Origin: Haliotis rubra
Taxonomy: Eukaryota
Assembly: GCF_003918875.1 (NCBI RefSeq)
Contig: NW_025767035.1
Location: 1,488,001-1,552,000 of the forward strand
DNA: 64,000 bases
Reading direction: 5' to 3'
Shown here: piece after piece, positions 63,674 through 64,000 of the stretch
Layout of the letters: the number at the start of each line of letters is the position of its first letter
Numbering within the stretch: the stretch's first letter is position 1
Program-made: the position numbers and the translations under genes
Notes under the pieces: generated by a model
What the model was told of the DNA's origin: nothing
What the model saw: the letters and a program-made list of their open reading frames with translations, nothing else
The model's database searches: none

Positions 63674-64000
63674 CTGCAACACAGACAATACATGCAAGGC
63701 AAGGCTGGAAGATATCACTTAAGTCAAGTCCGCAGTCTAAATTAATACTGTTTCCGTAGACGCGTATATGAACAAAATGTCAGAAAGATTAAAGTTCATC
63801 TATCATTTTTTTAGACTAAAGAAAACAAATATGTAACAAGACTAGTGACATTGTGAGTCAGAGATTCAAAGACATGTCATATCTATCTACATATAGGTGA
63901 ATAATAAATACATCAATGCAAGTATAATACCTAGACTAGTCAATGGGCGTGTAATCTCCATAATACTTAGTTAGCATATATTGAAAACCCATACAGAAGT

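Overview
Eukaryotic, intron-containing, repeat-rich DNA, very probably from an abalone (Haliotis) or a close gastropod. This is inferred from my recollection of a Haliotis shell-matrix double-Kunitz protein, not from a database search. The left 39 kb is a cluster of secreted Cys-rich proteins: an intact double-Kunitz gene whose second domain has an atypical disulfide pattern (1352-2854); a cryptic, doubly frameshifted Cys/His/Arg-rich miniprotein gene resembling the nacre protein perlinhibin (4419-4647); three related double-Kunitz copies, partly produced by a ~6 kb tandem duplication (one 5'-incomplete, one truncated, one intact, plus an orphan exon); an intronless aldo-keto reductase; and a 4-exon minus-strand gene with an unusual Cys-module + FOLN-like + Kunitz architecture that the ORF track misses. 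Further right are a PAN/apple-EGF-fibrinogen-domain gene (41441-51824) and the last three exons of an unidentified minus-strand gene, whose last intron holds three satellites, one made of 37 copies of the exon end plus its splice donor. Many SINEs, MITEs with clear TSDs and decayed Harbinger, Tc1 and LINE fragments are present. All gene models were built by eye from GT-AG sites and phase consistency.
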